64,000 nucleotides of DNA from Chiloscyllium plagiosum (Eukaryota), in the NCBI RefSeq assembly GCF_004010195.1, contig NC_057718.1, positions 49,174,021-49,238,020 on the forward strand, read 5' to 3'. Position 1 is the stretch's first letter; each line of letters starts with the position of its first letter. Made by a program: the position numbers and the translations under genes. Below are positions 39,263 to 53,419 of this stretch, piece after piece. The notes under the pieces are model-generated. The model worked only from the letters and a program-made list of their open reading frames with translations. It did no database searches and was not told the origin of the DNA.

Positions 39263-40699
39263 ATGTATGCCTTCCACCAGCCAATTACCCATCAACCAAC
39301 CCTCCTGAAAGCCCGCCTCATACCTTCCACAGACACCTAACACCTCCTCTCCCACCCTGGATCAGAATCTTGACTCCTCGCAGACTTTTCAGAACCACTT
39401 CCTGACCCTCCACTTCCCGCAGGTGTCACCATCCTGACCACTTTCTCGACCATTTCCTCGACTCCCAGTTCGCCTAGACCGCCTCGTCTCCATGACCCAA
39501 CAGCCCCACCCAAGTGGCACACCGATGGCTACCAACTGTCCCAGATTCACGTGACCTACCCTCCTCCCTCAGTCACTTGGCTGCTACCCTTCCTCCCTCA
39601 CAAGCCATGCATCTGTAACCCCCCCCCCACTCACCTCCCTGCTATCCAATTACTTTACCCATTCTCAATCTACCTATTCTTGGAACATTGCCCATACATC
39701 CAATCTGCACTAAATCTCCTCAGTCACTTTCCACTTACACCTCTCACCTGTTGGGCACCCTATCCCCTTATCTATCTGACTCTTTATATACCTGTCCCCT
39801 TCGACCATCACTCTGTTTCTGCCCGTACCTCATACACTTACCTTCACTCAATAGCTATCTAAGTAGCTTTAGGAGCCTTAAACCACACAATATGACACTT
39901 AATGCTGATGAAGAGATCATGGTTTCAGCTGAATTTGCTTTGCAGCTGGCTGCAGGTATCCCTGGACTCATTGCTTCAGCTGGAGAGCTCTCGGTGCAGA
40001 TGTTCACCTGAAAAACTGCACCCAAATCAAATTAGCAACTTTTAATCTGATCTGAGTTATAAATTGTTTTGAAGCATATAAGATGTTTTGGACCCATGTT
40101 TCAAAATAAGATAACAAAAGGGAAGTAGAAAATTAGAGACAGATGGAGTGGAAGGGATAACAATATCTCTTGTCACAAATTATAAACATAGCATTGTGGG
40201 AAATATGTAACATTGTTAATTCTCCTGAGGCACCAAAGATCATTGCTTGATGATTAATAAAAAAATTAATTGCTATTTTTGTTAGTTTCCTATTTAATAA
40301 CAGAAATTGGTGGATAATAACTCTTTTATTTGTTTAGTCATGTAAAAATCAATAGAATAGATTGCTTTTACAACTACAATGACTACCTATGTTTTCTTCA
40401 ACTTCAAGCTGATATTAATAGCAAAATTTAAAATGTTCTTTCTCACATTTCCCAGGGAATGTGAAGTTAATTAGCCTGTAATATCCTGTGTTTGGAATTA
40501 TTCAAAAATGTTATCTAATAACTTACTTTTACAAGTGTTGTGCAGATCTGGAATATCCCAAAGTTAGGGCTTAGAATGTAACTAACTCAGATCTACCCTA
40601 TTGCAACATGCAAGTTCAATGCATTCTCCAGAGCTCAAGTTCAGTGTGGTCAATAGCTTGCCTCAGTATTGACTCAAACCCATTAATTTTAATGGACAG

Positions 40700-43142
40700 A
40701 ATATAGGAAACTAGGAGGAGGTTAAAAAGTAAATTCTCGAGGGTAGTAATATTTGGACTACTTTTGGTGCCATGTGCTAATGACAGTAGGAATAGGAGGA
40801 TAGAGCAGATGATTGTGTGATTGAGGAGCTGGTAAAGGGGGCAAGGATTCACATTTTTGGACCATTGGGATCTCTTCCGGTAAAAATAACTGGATTAAGA
40901 GGGACGTGTTCTACCTAAAATGGAAAAGGACCAATATGCTCATGGGGAAATTTGCTAGTGTGACTCAAGAGGCTTTAATCTTGTAAGGAGAGTGCATTGA
41001 GAACCAAAGCAATAGCGAGTAAAAAGGCAAGGAATGGGGGGAGGTTATTTGCAGGAAAACAGATGATTGGGAAGTGGGAGGTTTTTAAGGACAAGGGTTC
41101 AGAGACAACATGATTCTTTTTGTGTGAAGGGCAAGACTGATAGGTGTAGGGAATGCTGGATGACTAGAGAAACTGAGGCTCTGGTCAAGAAAAGGAAGGA
41201 GGCAGTTATCAGGTATAGACAACTGGGATTGAGTGAATCCCGAGAGGAGAAAAGGGCAGTAGGAGTATACGTAAGTGGAAATCAGGAGAGCAAAAAGGGG
41301 AATATGAAATAATTTTGGCAAATAGGGTTAAGGAGAATCCAAAGAGATTCTATAAATACATTAAGGGAAAAAGAGTAACTAGGAAGAGAATGGGGTCTTT
41401 TAACGATCAGCAAGGCTGTCTGTATGTGGAACCACAGGAGATGGCTGATATACTGAATGAGTATTTCACATCAGTATTTACTTTAGAGAAGGACATGGGA
41501 GCCATTGAGCTTGAGGAAATAGATAGTGATATCATGAAAAGTGTTCATACCACAGAAGAGGAGCTGCTGGGGGTCTTAAACGCATAAAGGTAGATAAATC
41601 CCTGGGACCTGATCAGGTGTTTCATAGAACTTTGTGGAAAGTGAGGGAAGAGATTGGTGGGCCCCTTGCTGAGATAATCGTATCATTGATAGCAACAGGT
41701 GAGTTGCCAGAAGACTAGAGGTTGGCCAACATGATGCCATTATTTAAGAAAGGCTGTAAGGAAATGGCAGGGAATGATAGACCAGTGAGTCTTATGTCAG
41801 TGGTGGGTAAGTTGTTGGAGGAGATCTCAGGGACAGGATTTCCATGCATTTGGAAAGACAAGGACTGATTAGGGATAGTCAGCATTGATTTGCGCATGGA
41901 AAATTGTGACTCACTAAGTTGATTGAATTTTTTGAAGAAGTGACAATAAAGATTGAAGGCAGGGTGGTATACGTTGTCTATATGGACTTCAGTAAAGCAT
42001 TCAACAAAGACTGATTATTAAAGTTTTATCACATGGAATCCATGAGAGAGCTAGTCATTCAGATACAAAATTGGCTTTAAAGTAGGAAATGGAGAGTGGT
42101 GGTGAAGAGATGTTTGTTGGACTGGAGGCCTGTGACCAGCTGTGTGCCATAAAAATCAATTCTGGGTCCATTGCTTTTCATCAAATATATAAATGATTTG
42201 AATGTGAATGTAGGACGTATAGTTAGTAAGTTTGCAGATGACACCAAAATTGGAGGTGTAGTGGACAGCGAAGAATATTACCTCAGATTACAACGGAACC
42301 TTGATCAGATAGGCCAATGGGCTGAGGAGTGGCAGATGGAGTTTAATTTAGATAAAAGTGAGGTGTTGCATTTTGGTAAGGCAAACCAAGGCAGGACTTA
42401 AACATTAAATGGTAAGTGGGTATTGCTGAATGAAGAGACGTTAGGGTGCAGTTGCATAGTTCCTTGAAAATGGAGTCACAAGTAGATATGATGGTGAAGA
42501 AAATGTTTGGTATGCTTGCCTTCATTGGTCCTAACATTGAGTATAGGTGTTAGGATGTTATATTATGGCTGTACAGGACGTCGTGAGACCACTTTTGGAT
42601 TGGGTACAATTTTGGGTGCCCTTCTATGGGAAGGATATTGTTAAACTTGAGAGGGTGCAGAAAAGATTTACAAGGATGTTGTCAGGACTGAGGACTTGAG
42701 TTATAGGGAGAGGCTGTATCGGCTGTGGCTATTTTTGCCGGATGGTTAGAGATTTAGATATGACATTTCAGAGGTTTACAAACTCACGAGGGGCATGAAT
42801 AGGATGAATAGCCAAGGTCTTTTTCTAGAGTGGGGTTTCCAAAACTAGAGAACATATGTTTAAGGTGAGGGGGAAAGATTTAAAAAGGACTTGAGGAGTA
42901 ACATTTTCATGCAGAAAGTCGTGTGTGTATTCAACGAGCTACCAGAGGAGATGGTGGAGGCTGGTAAAATTATAACATTTAAAAGACATCTGGATGGGTA
43001 TATGAATAGGAAGGGTTTAGAGGGATATAGGCCAAATGCTGGCAAATGGGACGAGGTCAGAGTGGGATGTCTGGTCAGTGCGGATGAGTTGGACTGAAGA
43101 GTCTTTTTCTGTGCTGTACATCTTTATAACTCCATGACTCTA
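40700..43142 (+). mobile_element. Long decayed CR1 LINE (ORF1 esterase remnant, internal deletion, ORF2 RT, 3' tail)
   Basis: [25 protein letters not shown] and [11 protein letters not shown] motifs; (gactctat) tail. Confidence 0.93.
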
Positions 43143-43519
43143 TAACGGACAATCCTTTGTAAGACATCTCAGCTTTGCACTTGAATGTCTGATCATGGGT
43201 TCTGAACTGATCCGTTTCTCAATATCAGTTCATCAAACTGCAGAAATACAGATTTTTTATATTTATTCATCTAGGCCTATAATTTTAATTCCTCGTATTG
43301 AGAGTGCAACACATGTTACATGTACCTAAAGAGACCGGTAGCAAAAGTATAACAAATTAGTCCATTCTCTCATTGGCACCTATGTGTGGGTCACAGGGCC
43401 CCAGCGACAGCTCATTGGCCAAAGGTCGAAATAAAGCCATTCATCTGGGATGCTACTGGATCAAAGGTAAGTGTGGGATTGGGAATTTAGGTACTTTGGA
43501 GGGGTGACGGAAGCAGTGG

Positions 43520-46095
43520 ATTACAGCAGCTCCTGGTTCCAGTGTTTAACTGGAAACAGCATTCCCATCCCTTCTAGCTGCATGATTAAGTGAGTTTGTT
43601 TTTGAGAAAACTATTATATTGGTGGCAGTTGTATAGAAGGGCAGGAAAAAGAGCGGAAGGGCTATAGTCATAGAAGATTCAATTGTAAGCTGAGTAGATA
43701 GGTGGTTCTGTGGTTGAAAATGAAACTCCCAAATGGTATATTGCCTCCTAGGTGCACAGGTCAGGGATGTCTCAGATTGGTTGCAGGACATTCTGAAGGA
43801 AGATGGTGAATAGCCAGCTGTCGTGGTGCATATAGGCACCAATGATATATGTAATAAAGGGATGAGATCCTACAAGAAGAATTTAGGGAATTTGGAGACA
43901 AGTTAAAAAGTAGAACCTCAGAGGTAGGTATCTTCGGATTGCTACCAGTGCCACGTGCTAATCAGAGTAGGAATAAAAGAATAGGGAGGATGGATGAGTG
44001 GCTTGTGAGATGGTGCAAGAGGGAGGAATTCAGATTTTTGGGGCATTGGGACTGGTTCTGGGGGAGGTGGACTTGGTGTTCTGAAATGAGCCCGATCAGG
44101 TGGTTGAAGTTTTAGAAGGGGATTACTTTGAGAAAAGTGATCACAATTCCGGTAAGTATAAGAGTACTCATGGACAAAATCGAGAGTGGTCCTAAAGGAA
44201 GAGTGCAAAACTTGGGGAAGGCCAACAATAGCAAAATTCGGCAGGAGCTGGGGAATGTGAGTCAGGAGCAGTTGCTTGAGGGTACATTTGATGTGTGGTA
44301 GGTTTTTAAAAAGATGTTGATTAGAGTGCAGAACAGACAAGTCCCTTGGAAAATGGGTGATAGAAAAGGCAAGATTAGGGAACCATGGATGATTGGTGAA
44401 ATTGTGAGACTAGCTAAGAGGAAAAAGAAAGCATACATAAGGTCTAGGCGACTGAAAACAGATGAAGCTTTGGCAGAATATTGGGAAAGTATGACCAATC
44501 TGAAACGAGGAATTAAGAGAGCTAAAAGGGTTCATGAAATATCTTTAGCAACCAAGGTTAAGGAAAATCCCAAAGTTTTTTTTTTCATATATAAGGAGTA
44601 AGAGGGTAACCAGAGTTGGATTGGCCCACTCAAGGACAAAGGAGAAAAGTTATGCATGGTGTCAGAAAAAAATGGGTGAGATTCTTATTGAGTACTTTGC
44701 ATTAGTATTCACTGAGGAGAGGGACATGACACATGTTGAGGCTAGGGATAGTTGTTTGATTACTCTAGGTCAAGTCGGCATAAGGAGGGAGGACGTGCTG
44801 GGTTTTCTAAAAGGCAATAAGGTTGACAAAACCCCGTGTTCAGATGGGATATATCTCAGGTTGCTGAGGGAAGTGAAAGAGGAAATAGCTGGGGCCTTAA
44901 CAGATATCTTTGCAGCATCCTTGAACATGGGTGAGGTCCTGGAAGACTGGAGAATTGCTAATTTTATCCTCTTGTTTAAGAAGGATAGCAGGGATGATCC
45001 AGGCAATTATAGACCGGTGAGCCTGAGGTTAGTGGTAGGGAAGCTACTGGAGAGGATACTGAGGGATAGGCGCTATTTACATTTGGAAATAAATGGGCTT
45101 ATCAGCGATAGGCAACATAGTTTTGTGCAGGGAAGATCATGTCTTACCAACTTAATAGAATTCTTTAAGGAAGTGACAAAGTTAATTGATGAGGGACGGG
45201 CTGTAGATGCCATATACATGGACTTCGGTAAGATGTTTGATAAGATTCCTCAAATTAGGTTGATGGAGAAAGTGTAATCGCATGGGGTCCAGGGTGTACT
45301 AGCTAGATGGATAGAGAACTGGCTGGGCAGCAGGAAACAGAGTTGTGGTGGAGGGGAGATTCACAAAATGGAGAACTGTGACCAGTGGTATTCCACAGGG
45401 ATCCGTGTTGTGACCACTGTTGTTAGTGATATACATAAATGATCTGGAGAAAGGTATAGGTGGACTGATTAACAAGTTTTAGATGACACTAAATTTGGTG
45501 GATTAGCAGATAGTGAAGGGGACTGTCAGAGAATGCAACAGAATAAGGTAGATTGGAGAATTGGGCGGATAAATGGCAGATGGAGTTCAATATGGGTAAC
45601 TACAAGGTGATACATCTTAGAAGATCCAATTCAAGAGCGAACCATATGGCAAATGGGAAAGACCTAGGGAAAATTGATGTGCAGAGAGATCTGGGTGTTC
45701 AGGTCCATTGTACTCTCAAGGTGGCAATACAGGCTGATAGAGTGGTCAAGAAGGCAAACAACATGCTTTCCTTCATTGGATGGGGTATTGAGTACAAGGG
45801 TTGGTAGATCATGTTACAGTTGTATAGGACATTTAGAATATTGCGTACAGTTCTGGTCACCACATTACCAAAAGGATGTGGATGCTTTGAAGAGGGCGCA
45901 GAGGAGGGTCACCAGATGTTGCTTGAAATGGAAAATACTAACTCTGAAGAGAGGTTGAGTAGATTAGGATTATTGTTATTAGAAAGATGAAGGTTCAGAG
46001 GGATCTGGTTGATGTCTACAAAATCATGAGAGGCATAGACAGGGTGGATAGCAAGAAGCTTTTTCCCAGAGTAGGGGACTCAATTACTCGGGGCT
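43520..46095 (+). mobile_element. Long decayed CR1 LINE with SGNH-esterase ORF1 and ORF2 RT
   Basis: ORF1 reads IVIEDSIV...VVVHIGTND. ORF 44621-45277 reads PGNYRPVSL...GRSCLTNLIEFF...YMDFGKMFDK. Confidence 0.93.
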
Positions 46096-46159
46096 GTAAT
46101 TTTCTTTGTTCTTTGTTGTCTCTTTAACAACAGGCAAGATAAATAGACAAGGGACAGAA

Positions 46160-46256
46160 TCAAACACAGAAATTGCTGGGAAAGCCAATAGTTCTGGTAG
46201 CATTTGTGGAAAGAAATCAGAGTTAATGTTTCAGGTTGAGTGACCCTTCCTCTGGA
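46160..46256 (-). mobile_element. Second-family PLE terminal repeat ending at a degenerate HHR (46225-46254)
   Basis: Matches 8490-8585. Minus strand reads CAGAGGA-A-GGGTC-actc-AACCT-GAAA-CA-TT. Confidence 0.65.
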
Positions 46257-47989
46257 TACTCAGACAGAATACAGACCTGACTCCAGCAACGTTCACTGCA
46301 ATCTCTCCCAGCTTTCAAGTTTGGGTCCTATGACATGTTTTAGGCTTAGGTTTAGCATTTCCAATGGGTCAAATACAGGTTTTTGGCAGTTACCCAATAT
46401 GTCACTCCTAATTTGATTCACTATGCTGCTGAATGTGTCCCCTGCTGAAGTAGATCATGCTGAACTTGCTTCCTATTCAAAATCAGGTGTAACATTGTCC
46501 ACTTTGTGGCCTGTAGCATTTTTGCCATATAAGGGTGATATTTTCTTCTAAAATATTCCACAACATTTAATTATTGAACACATGATTGAAGCTTATTGTA
46601 AGTGTGCTCAGCCAAGATAAACACAATGTGTAATCTTTCCATCAGGCTTTATTTATATCCGTACTGTGGCATGTTCTTAAATATTGGGTACTTCTTAGCT
46701 TTCATTGCTCACTTGAGAACTTAACCGCTTAGAGTAAGTGTTCATGTATGTTTGCCAATTCAGATTTCATTGTATGGTTTGAACTTGCACAAGTTGTACT
46801 GCATTAGTAGTCTTGAATCGCTATTTTATGCAGTTTTGATGAATTATTGGAACACAGAACTCCCCTTGCACAAACCAATGTAGCTGTACTATTGTTATGG
46901 CTGCTCCCACATGAAGTTGGTCCAAGCAGCAAATATTCAGACCTAGGATTACCAACTTGGATATATTTAGAGAGATTTACCTTCTGACATATGATCACAA
47001 TGGGAACTGTGACTGACATCCCCTCTATTTGAATCTGACCTACGTGCAAGTCCTAACACAGGGACAGCTGTGCCTGTTGCTGAGAAAGCTTCCAAAACAT
47101 TGAACTTTTATGTATCTACATCCTGAATCTTTTTACTCAGCTGCATCAAATTGTCCTTCGCTCCTCAGTTTTGAGATGACACAGAAACGTTCGCCACATG
47201 CTTGACTTCTCTGCTGGTTTCCTGTTGTTACCCAATCTCTGCTTCTTTTACAATCCAGTAAGACAAGCAGACGAGGTATTAATAGTCCAACAACTGGTAT
47301 ATTCATTGCAGATGATCAGGGATCAGTGTACAGATAGGCCATCTCAAAGTATCTGAAGCTGATCTTCTAGTCCCTCAAGGTAAATATTAAAAGCCTCCTG
47401 TAAATTGTCAACATTAGTAGTCACAGTAGCCAGAATAATTACACTGGCGCATGGGCCAACTGTTTTCTGCAACTCCCTTCGAGATGGTCACTTACTTTCT
47501 CCACAGCAGATTGAGGTTCCAGAAACCCTAATATATGTACCGATGTTGAATCTGAACTGATTTGTTTTCTGTACCAGTTGATTTAGGGAACATTGATTTG
47601 TGAAGGATTTCATAAAGTACTTCTGACAAACTTCATCCTGTCCATATATGCACCAGTAGGGAGGTGAACAAGTGAGTTCTTATAGCAGATGCACCTTTAG
47701 CCTGAGTCCACTCTTCCTCATGTTGCTGCTTTAATGTGGCCATCTATGGTTCTTGCTTTGTTTCTGGCATATGTAGATAATTTCAATTTGGGCCCTGGAG
47801 CAATATCTACAAATTAGATCAATAAATTCAGGTATAGGGTTTCTTATTTATTGAGGAAAACTGTAATATACATCAGGAGAACATTGATTGGAAAGTGAGG
47901 AGGCAAATGATAAATATATTCTAATACAATGAAGTTTAAAGTAATACTGTTAGTCAACCAAGAGTGCAGAATTTGATATTTCTGTTATA

Positions 47990-48720
47990 AAAAGCACATT
48001 ATGTGAAAGCTTTTTGCCTTGCATTCTTTAGAACAATTCACAAGAATTCATGGGGAAAACCAACATTTTGAGTGATGAGAGGAGAGTGCTAATCGATAGA
48101 CAAGTGGACTCTGATTGGTAGAGACATTGACATGGAAAATGCACCCATTAATGTTGATTGACAGTTTACTGACAAGCTTTGTTTGATTTTTAAACTAGGA
48201 ATTTAACTCTGATTTGTCAGGACAGATTCCTGAGAATCACACCAGTGAAGGGCTGTCATCTATTTTGTTGAGTTGACGCAGGTGCTGTGCATGTACATGT
48301 TCTTTCTAACTGCAAAGAACAAGGCTCTCTATATTAATAAATCTAGTTTCCAGTACACAAATGTGCTGTACTGTAAACCTGACTGACAATCCTAAATTAG
48401 TGTAAGTGTAATTCTTTGTAAACCCAGGATTATCCAGCAGATGTGCCTATCTGCAAAATTATTCTTAACGCTTGATACTGTGTTGTGTGTGTTACAAGCA
48501 GGGGTCGGTTGGTTACAATCAGTACCTTGTTGCTGCAAACAGCCAAGAGATACACTGTATAATATGATCTGCCAGTATTTATGATGGCCTACATATCTTG
48601 TTTCACACCTACACTGAAGTTCAGCTCCTACATTATACATTTTTATGATAGGCACAATATCTTTTTGACTTGATAGCATCATCCTGTGAGTGGTATATAC
48701 TACTGCTACATAACTGAGCA
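47990..48720 (-). pseudogene. Old Penelope-like element (further family), GIY-YIG remnant
   Basis: ORF 48392-48865 contains SSQKDIVP...NVGAELQCRCETRYVG (VY..C.C...YVG). The 3' UTR runs to ~47990. Confidence 0.65.
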
Positions 48721-49729
48721 AGTCAAGGAGTTTCATCCCTTCACCCACCAACCCCCCTCCATTTTGTATATTTCTATAGTTTCCTACATTTTGTCTTCTT
48801 CTTTCCTTGAATACAGATTTAAATTTATCATTTTCTAACCTGCTGGGACTGTTCCAAAATCTCAATAAATTTGGAAAGTTGTGACCAATGTCTCTTTTAT
48901 CTCTATAGTCACTTCTTTTAAGGCCCTAAGATACAGGCCATCTAGTCTAGGGAGTTGTCAACATCTGTGCTGCTTTCCAACCATTTAACTCATCAGTATA
49001 TCCATATTCCTCTTAAGTATGTATCTGGCTTCCCTTTAAAACCATCTGTATTGTTCACCTCAAATACTGATGGCCTTGCAAGTCTCACGACTCGTATTGT
49101 TCTCTGGCTAAAGAGGTTCATCTTAAATTCTCTTTTTAGTTCTTGGTGAATATCCATGATTGACAACATCTAGTTTTGCTCTTTATCACAATAAAAGCAC
49201 TGTCATTCAGAGTTTTCAGAGCTTTCAGAGTTTTAAATACCTCAATTGGATCACCCTCTCAGCTTCTATATTTCCACACAGAAAGGAGACCCCAGTCTCC
49301 ATTCGTTCTTTGCATATGTAAGCTCACAATTCTGGCATTATCTTTGTAAATCTTGTTTTGCTCCTTTCCCACTACCTTCATGTCCCTTTCATAATATGGC
49401 ATCAAGACTTTTACAAAGTGCTCCAAGTGTGAAGTCCATATGCTGGAACAAGCACCTCCTCATTGTTACAAATTTCCATGTTTCAACATGTCAACCTTCT
49501 CAGAATCCTTTTAACTTGTGCTAGGTTCCTCAGAAACTGATACCTTACAACATTTTCTCAAGTTCCCAAAGTTGGATAATTGAGCTTGCAGAGTCTGAAA
49601 TGCTGCCAGATACTTAATTGAGAAACTATCTTAGAATTTGATGGTGCTCCAGCGACAGGAGGAGACAACGGGGGAACTTAATCATGCAGGAGACTAAAAC
49701 CCAGCTTTCTCACAGTGGATGAAAATATG

Positions 49730-50015
49730 ATAGGGCAAAGGTTATGGGTGAGAGGGGAAAGATTTAAAAGGGACCTAAAGGACAACTTTTTCACACAGAG
49801 GGTGGTGCATGTATGGAATGAGCTACCAATGGAAGTTGTGGAGGCTTGTACAATTACAACATTTAAAAGGCATCTGAATGGGTATATGAATAGGAAGGGT
49901 TTAGAGGGATATGGGCTGGGTGCTGGCAAATGGAGCAAGATTAGGTTGGGATTTCTGGTCGATATGCACAAGTGGACTGAAGGGTCTGTTTCCATGCTGT
50001 ACATCTCTATGACTC
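49730..50015 (+). mobile_element. CR1 3' end
   Basis: FFTQRVVHVWNELP; tail ctctatgactc. Confidence 0.92.
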
Positions 50016-53000
50016 AAAGTTGAGCCTCCCAATACTAGGTATCTCTGTATCCACACATGCTCATTAAAAGGTAATATCGCTGGAATTAAGTGCAGTTTCC
50101 CATGTAAGCTCCATATGATTGAGAAATAGGTGCTTTTAGATTCACAGCTACATATAATTGGCGTGCAGCAGGTGAGAGAACACACTTGCTAGAGTTGGAG
50201 CAATTAGCCGGAGATTTTACCACTTTGGGGAGCATTGATCCCTGGCATATCATATTGTGATCGGGTGGCACCATGCAAAAGGCATCAGGAAAAGGCTGTT
50301 TGAAGCAGGCAGGAAAGATGAAGGTGCAGGGATATGCAGAGCATAGAAAAGGGAAAGGTCTAATGTCATGGTTGTGGTGATCATGTTGATGGGGGAGAAC
50401 TTTCTGGGTAAGGAGGTTGGATCGTGGCCCGAAAGTGCAGGGTCAGTGCTCTCAATGGTGAAGTACTCAGAGTTGCACTGTGGGTACTGGGCAGCTGAGG
50501 GAACAGAAGGGGTGTGGGATGCAATAGAATGCTAGTTCTAGAATCATGGCAAAGTATTTGATTATCTTACTTGTTGGTGTGGTAAAATGGAATCATACAG
50601 TATAGTTGGCATGGACAGTGGGAGTGATCAGGTTCAAGGTGCGCACGGGGCAGTAACAGGTGTAGCTGAAGGTGTAGAGAGTCATGTGTAAGGTGATATT
50701 TGTAGAGTAAAGGGTGTAGGAGTTTCAAGGACAACAAACTGTAAAGGAGTGGTGAAATGTGGAGAATTAAGGGTGATATGGAGGTTGTAGTCAGTCACTG
50801 GAGAAAGCATAACGTTGTGGAATGATATTAAAAAAGTGACTAACACCATATCTTGCAATGGTTCTGATAATACAGTAACTCCAGAGGTGTGTTTCCTTGA
50901 AGTGGCAGGAGGATGGGTGAAGTTATTGATGAGCACGATTGGCTGGTTAAAGGTTAAATATGGTGGAGGGAAGTCATGTGATGTAATGACATCATCAGTT
51001 TTTTCAGAGGGAACCAGCTTAGTCTAACTTTGCTGCCTTTCATGTGAACACCTCCATAATAAAGCTCCTGCTGTTTAATGCCTTGGCCTCCTGGTCCTCC
51101 TACCAACTTAACAAGACATCCTGATAACCATGAGTGAAGTGGATGGGAACCATGTTCAGGTATGTTCTCATCTTTATGGCCATCCTCTGAACACAGTAGC
51201 ATTGCTACCTGACCCACAGGTCTTAATAAACCAACATCCAAGCAAGATTGGGCAAAGGAGGTGATAAGATGTTGAAAGCCAGTCATCCAGCCCCTAAGCT
51301 GAAAAGTCACATTCTTCCTTCACTACTTCTGGTGAGTTCCAGAGCTACTGGAAGATTCTGCCTAATGCTGAGCAGAGCAGCCAGCATGTTACTGACAGAA
51401 TGAATTTGGATAATGACTGAGATTATATTGGAAAACAAGATTTCTTTTGGGATGACACTGGAGCCCTATGCTGACCCTCACCCACAAATGTCTATGATGT
51501 CCACCCATACAATTCCTCATGTCAAGTGACAGTCTGCTGGTGATTGTAGCCAAGTGTTCTTTCAGAATAGTCAGAAGTTACTTTTAGTGTTTAAATGTGA
51601 ATTCTAGAAAATCTTGTAAAACATTTTGGTGGGAGATACAATCCACTCATGAGAAATTCTGCAAAACTATTGAAAATAAAAGTGGTCATGTCAAAACCTA
51701 GAGGTTGTATGAACTTTGGATTGAGTTTATTTCAGGCATATTCAATAGTGACAGTGTAATTTGGATAGAGACATGATTTATAAACATAAATAAACATTTT
51801 GTCTAACTTACACCAAACTTATAGCGGAAGATGGAAAGATCACCACAGCAAACTGACCCTTCATTATCATATCAGTAAGATTTACAGTTGAGCTATTTTC
51901 CTGATCTTTCTCGCAGGAGGTTGATGCCCCTTTCCTTAGAATGGGGTATTAAAGGCAAATGCATAGTCTACAACAAAATGTAGGCTGCAATTAGCTAATT
52001 GAGCACTATGTAGGATTGAAGTTTGGTCTTTCTTGAGATGTATATTATTTCTTTTAGTGCATTTGCTCACTAAACCACTGGAAATACTGAAGGCAATAGA
52101 TAGTGAATGAATAAATTGTTTGGTTCTGTTTTTGTAATACTATGGTAATAATTGTTAGAGTACATATTAGGTAGTACATTGAAGCATGCACAGTTGCACT
52201 GCAGTGCATTTCTTTGTGTCTTTCTGAGCATTTGCCAACATCAGGCTCCAATTTAATGAATGTCTGTCTTCATTACAATTATCTCCAGCTGCACCCTGGT
52301 GCTATGCCACTTAATATACAACGGTTTTCTCTTACTGTCCATGCCACTGAAACTTATAGACACTCACATCTGCCAAAAGCAGCTATAAAATGGCTGTTAA
52401 CATGAGTGATCAAACTATAGAGACAGCATACTATGATATCATCGTTTATTGTAAGTAATGAAGAAGAATTAATAGTTGACATCAGTTTCTGCGAAGGAGT
52501 CAAGTTACCAGAATACTCCCATGTGTAGCACTGCCATTAGTCTCCAAGTTTAAGAAAAAGTTATAAGGCAAGTGAAATGCTTAGTCAGAGGCCTGCAAGT
52601 AGAAACTGTTCAAGGAAATAGATTGTTGCATTCTTGACTCATTAAAACTTGCTTTTTAACTGATTCCAACTATGTTTTTAGTCATACGTTGAAAGCATTT
52701 TATATATGAGCTATTGCAGACAAGTATAAAATAGCCAAAGAAGGTAATGTCACATGGAAATTCTCCAAAAAGGACGGGGATTACCTTTGATGTGTGGTTT
52801 GTCAGCAGCAAAGACCATATTTAGTGACTTAATATTACCTTGAATTATCATTGAGTTTAACCTCTCAGCTATTTAAGTATTTTCATTAATTCCTCCTGTA
52901 TTTCTTTTCCTCTTATTGTTTTAAAAGTGCGGTCAAAGAACTATATATACATGTGTGATCCAAATTCCATTCCTGATAATTCTATTACAAATTTCTTGCT

Positions 53001-53419
53001 CTGTTCAAAATGTTTGGTTAATTAAATATAAAGAGAACATGACTAATTAGAAACTTTTCATATGCTAATTTTACTCTAGCAGCAAAGTCTTGAACCTGGA
53101 AATTACTGAAAAAGATTCTTTCTGAATTCTGAACATGCTTGTCTCATTCTATTTTAGTAAATGTGTCAACCAATTTATTTTAAATGGGCTAATACTTGTA
53201 TTAAAATAGTAAAAGAAGAAATATATACGAGAGCATTAAGTATTCTTATAATTACTTGCATTAGTTTCCAGACTGTCATGGCGATATAAATTTGTTCGTT
53301 CCAAACTGCCGTTTACTTAAAGTTGATGCATTTGTTTAACTACCTGGAAAAGGCAGTTAGTCCCAGTTACATCTTTCCTTTTATATATGCTTTCTCAGAT
53401 TCCATTTCATGCTCTGCTC

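Noticed and set aside
39280..39870. C-rich low-complexity tract (also 34100-34400, and G-rich 50300-50800) as a coding repeat
   Set aside because: Strand-biased low complexity without consistent periodicity or frame; likely decayed repeat interior.
44621..45277. 218 aa RT ORF as an active or domesticated gene
   Set aside because: Fragment of a CR1 with stops and frameshifts on both sides.
52838..52940. Minus-strand AG...GT-bounded exon candidate
   Set aside because: All three frames contain stop codons.
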